NCBI RefSeq assembly: GCF_900187275.1
Contig: NZ_LT906458.1
Coordinates: forward strand, 120,001 to 152,000
DNA length: 32,000 nucleotides
Origin: Pasteurella multocida
GTDB taxonomy: Bacteria; Pseudomonadota; Gammaproteobacteria; Enterobacterales; Pasteurellaceae
Reading direction: 5' to 3'
The position numbers and the translations under genes are program-made. Shown here piece by piece: positions 29,247 through 32,000 of the stretch. Every line of letters begins with the position of its first letter. The first letter of the stretch is position 1. The notes beneath the pieces are model-generated. The model was given only the letters and a program-made list of their open reading frames with translations. It did no database searches and had not been told where the DNA came from.

Positions 29247-29690
29247 CTATAACATTTTTTTCCATTGATATGCTGCGCTATCTAGCATTTGATAAGCATA
29301 CTCAAACATTTCTTGACTCTTTTTATAGGGATCGGGAATCTCTTTTGACGCAGTTAATCCATGTCCAAACAACATGACTTTACCTTGAGATAAAGGGCAT
29401 ATTTGATGAACTAATTCAATATGCGCTTTTTCCATAACAAGAATCAAATCGGCTTTATGACATAATGCATGTGTCAACTGCTTAGCACGATGAGCCGAAA
29501 GATTTAATCCGTGCTGGCTAGCAATTTTTATCATCATATCGTCGGCAGGCTTGTCAACTAAGCAACTACGTTCAGTGACAAGACCTGCAGAGGTAATGTT
29601 TTTTTCTGGGAAATGGTGTTGCAGTAATTTTTCCCCTACAGGGGAACGACAGATATTTCCCATACATACGACTAGAATTTGCTCAAACAT
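29247..29690 (-). CDS. wzb: Low-molecular-weight protein-tyrosine phosphatase Wzb
   Basis: 147 aa. CX5R(S) P-loop VVCMGNICRSP and DPY motif. Its ATG is 1 nt after the wza stop. Confidence 0.93.
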   Translation of the reverse strand: MFEQILVVCMGNICRSPVGEKLLQHHFPEKNITSAGLVTERSCLVDKPADDMMIKIASQHGLNLSAHRAKQLTHALCHKADLILVMEKAHIELVHQICPLSQGKVMLFGHGLTASKEIPDPYKKSQEMFEYAYQMLDSAAYQWKKML

Positions 29691-29691
29691 A

Positions 29692-30855
29692 TTACCAATT
29701 TCGGATTCTTAACATACTTTCAGTGATTGAGTCGAACCCTGACAAAGTAGGCACGATCTGACTAATCACACGATTCCAGCGGGCAACTGGAGCTGTTGTG
29801 ACATAAACCACATCATAAGGTTTTAAATAAAACTCGGTACCAAGAAGATAAGAGGTAGCATCGGTGACATCTAATTGGTAAATATCTGCAATTTTTTCTA
29901 TATTTTCCTCAGACGATGTCGCTTGTCTTGTTGTAGATGGCGAACGTTGTCCACGAATAACGAAAATCCCCGTTGCATCTGCAGCTAATTTATCAATACC
30001 ACCACTTGCTGTGATTGCTTCAGTTAATGTCATACCGTAATGCATAATTTTGAGCATTTGCGGTTGAGCAACTTCACCAATAACAAAGACTTTATTCGCA
30101 TCATTACGAGGAACATGAACAATATCACCATCAACTAATAAGCGGTTCTGGCTTAAATCTCCTCGTTGGATAAGTGCTTCGACTGAGATTTTTTCATCTT
30201 TTCCTTTGCTATTGAGTGTGACATTGTGCCAATCCGCATGTTCAGATAAGCCACCAGCATGGTTAATTGCATCTAATAAAGTTAACGGAACATTGGTCAA
30301 ATATTGTTGCCCCGGACGATTTACTTCCCCTGTAATATAGGCTTTTTTCGATTGGTAAGTGGCGACACTGACCTCAATTTGTGGCTCACTAATATAGTTG
30401 GCGAGCCTTTTGGTCAGTTTGTTTCTAATTTGGCTTACGGTCAGTCCAGAGACATGAATAGAACCTACATAAGGGTAGAAAATCGTGCCATTAGCATGAA
30501 CTTGACTACCGGATTCCGCCGCCGAACGATAAGCCCCCGCTGGTGTTGTTAATTCAGGATGATCCCAAACGGTAATATTTAATACATCACCAGGACCTAC
30601 ACGGTATTGGTAGGCTTTAATTTTTTGATCGAGTGGCGGGTTGGCACGAGCAAAAGGTATAGAAGGCGCGAGTTGCTTAACCAACGAAGGGGTAATTAAG
30701 TAGGCATCGACTGCTTTTTGCGTATCAAGAGGTCCGCCTTGCGCATAGACCTTAACACCACTTACGGGTGATTTGGTAGAGGGTAGCATGACGGAGCAGG
30801 CAGAGACAGACATGCCAATGCCGATTAGGATGAGAAGTCTAGATAATTTATACAT
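29692..30855 (-). CDS. wza: Outer-membrane polysaccharide export lipoprotein Wza
   Basis: 387 aa. Lipobox SVSAC, Poly_export motif YRVGPGDVLNITVWDHPELTTPAG, SLBB repeats and a C-terminal amphipathic helix region. Collinear with E. coli Wza as I recall it. Confidence 0.94.
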   Translation of the reverse strand: MYKLSRLLILIGIGMSVSACSVMLPSTKSPVSGVKVYAQGGPLDTQKAVDAYLITPSLVKQLAPSIPFARANPPLDQKIKAYQYRVGPGDVLNITVWDHPELTTPAGAYRSAAESGSQVHANGTIFYPYVGSIHVSGLTVSQIRNKLTKRLANYISEPQIEVSVATYQSKKAYITGEVNRPGQQYLTNVPLTLLDAINHAGGLSEHADWHNVTLNSKGKDEKISVEALIQRGDLSQNRLLVDGDIVHVPRNDANKVFVIGEVAQPQMLKIMHYGMTLTEAITASGGIDKLAADATGIFVIRGQRSPSTTRQATSSEENIEKIADIYQLDVTDATSYLLGTEFYLKPYDVVYVTTAPVARWNRVISQIVPTLSGFDSITESMLRIRNW

Positions 30856-30956
30856 GTCTTTTACTCATTTTAATTAGTGAATAAGTGAAAGGCTTACAGC
30901 TACCTCGGTTTTTTGTTCATCTGGATACAGTTTATTTATTGATGTTCACCGTTGCT

Positions 30957-32000
30957 TTACCCCCATAGATGTATGTGATTATTTTGTTGAGTGTAAATTA
31001 AGTCTGCTAATTCTGTGACAGGTTGATATCCTGTCGGTGCATTGCGCAAAATGTCATGAATTTTTTGATAATCTGATTTTTTACATGCACGCTCCAATTC
31101 GTCTAAGAGTAAGGACAACTCCGAAAAAGGAAGACATGTTTCTTGCGCGGTTAGGATTCGTGGATGCAACGTTTTTCTGACATTTTCTCCGCCAATGAGG
31201 AGTTCTTCATAAAGTTTTTCTCCGGGACGTAAGCCCGTGAATTTAATTTCAATATCACCATTTGGATTGTTTTCATTTTTGATACTGAGACCGGAAAGTA
31301 AAATTAATTTCTTCGCTAATTCAAGAATCTTAACGGGTTCGCCCATATCGAGGATAAACACATCTCCTCCTTTTGCCATAGCCCCTGCCTGAATAACAAG
31401 CTGTGCAGCTTCAGGGATCGTCATGAAATAACGGATGATACGTTCGTCTGTTACAGTAATCGGTCCCCCTTCTTTAATTTGTTGTTTAAATAAAGGAATA
31501 ACAGAGCCTGAGGAACCTAATACATTGCCAAAACGGACCATACAAAAAAGGGTTTTATGGACGACGCCGTCTAGGGTTTTACCATAGGTATCGGCACAGG
31601 CTTGTAAACACAATTCTGCAACACGTTTTGTTGTGCCCATCACATTTGTGGGTCTTACGGCTTTATCGGTAGAAATTAATACAAAGGCATCGACTTGGCA
31701 TCGCATCGCCGCTTTAGCTGCGTTATATGTGCCAAAAATGTTGTTGTATACCGCTTGTATGACATTGTATTCAACTAATGGAACATGTTTATACGCAGCA
31801 GCATGGTATACCGTATTAACTTCAAAAGTTTGCATGACTTTGATAAGCAGCTTGAGATTTTGTACAGAGCCTAACAGTGGGATAATTTCCACGTGTGTTC
31901 CTTTCTCTTGCTGAATATGTAATAACTCAAGATGGATAGAGTAGAGGGCATATTCTGAAACATCAAACAGTACTAATTTCGTCGGATGATTTAACAGAAT
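30957..32000 (-). CDS. CapD/WbpM/PglF-like polysaccharide biosynthesis protein (nucleotide-sugar 4,6-dehydratase/epimerase), 3' part; the 5' end lies outside the window
   Basis: The frame stays open upstream of the listed GTG to base 32000 (ILLNHPTKLVLFDVSEYALYSIHLELL...). It has the extended-SDR motifs YHAAAYKHVP, STDKAVRPTNVMGTTKR and RFGNVLGSSGSVIP. Confidence 0.85.
   Translation of the reverse strand: MLLNHPTKLVLFDVSEYALYSIHLELLHIQQEKGTHVEIIPLLGSVQNLKLLIKVMQTFEVNTVYHAAAYKHVPLVEYNVIQAVYNNIFGTYNAAKAAMRCQVDAFVLISTDKAVRPTNVMGTTKRVAELCLQACADTYGKTLDGVVHKTLFCMVRFGNVLGSSGSVIPLFKQQIKEGGPITVTDERIIRYFMTIPEAAQLVIQAGAMAKGGDVFILDMGEPVKILELAKKLILLSGLSIKNENNPNGDIEIKFTGLRPGEKLYEELLIGGENVRKTLHPRILTAQETCLPFSELSLLLDELERACKKSDYQKIHDILRNAPTGYQPVTELADLIYTQQNNHIHLWG

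Noticed and set aside
30899-30910. An ops/JUMPstart-like motif (minus strand CGAGGTAGCTGT) in the 101-nt capD-wza spacer.
   Set aside because: Only about 7/12 positions match GGCGGTAGCGTG. The GGTAGC core is present but flanking key positions differ. I am also not sure this lineage encodes RfaH. It is worth a PWM check but is not supportable as a call.

Overview
This window looks like a chromosomal segment from a Pasteurellaceae bacterium of the Haemophilus/Aggregatibacter group. The evidence is about 40% GC, at least 14 exact Hin-type uptake signal sequences (AAGTGCGGT), and gene products and local gene order close to Haemophilus influenzae. Bases 1 to about 27000 are ordinary housekeeping genes: the 3' end of a phosphoethanolamine transferase gene, mfd, the mglBAC-galR / galTKM galactose regulon, corC-lnt, infA, a stand-alone rffG/rfbB, pepB-ndk, metK, sprT, a small beta-barrel OMP, htpG, yffB-dapE plus an M15 peptidase, nudF and cpdA. 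Most units end in clear rho-independent terminators. Several promoters and operators (CRP, GalR-type, MetJ-type, sigma-32-type) can be read directly from the sequence. The last ~5 kb (27.1-32.0 kb, minus strand) is the only accessory-looking part. It holds capD-like, wza, wzb and wzc, the export and tyrosine-kinase module of a Wzy-type capsule/EPS locus, and its upstream part runs off the window. I found no tRNA, rRNA, CRISPR, IS element, integrase, prophage, toxin-antitoxin or recognisable defence genes. I do not see convincing evidence for a wholly new system. The items most worth follow-up are the truncated polysaccharide locus and the paired-operator architecture of the galactose regulon. 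All motif calls were made by eye, without database searches.
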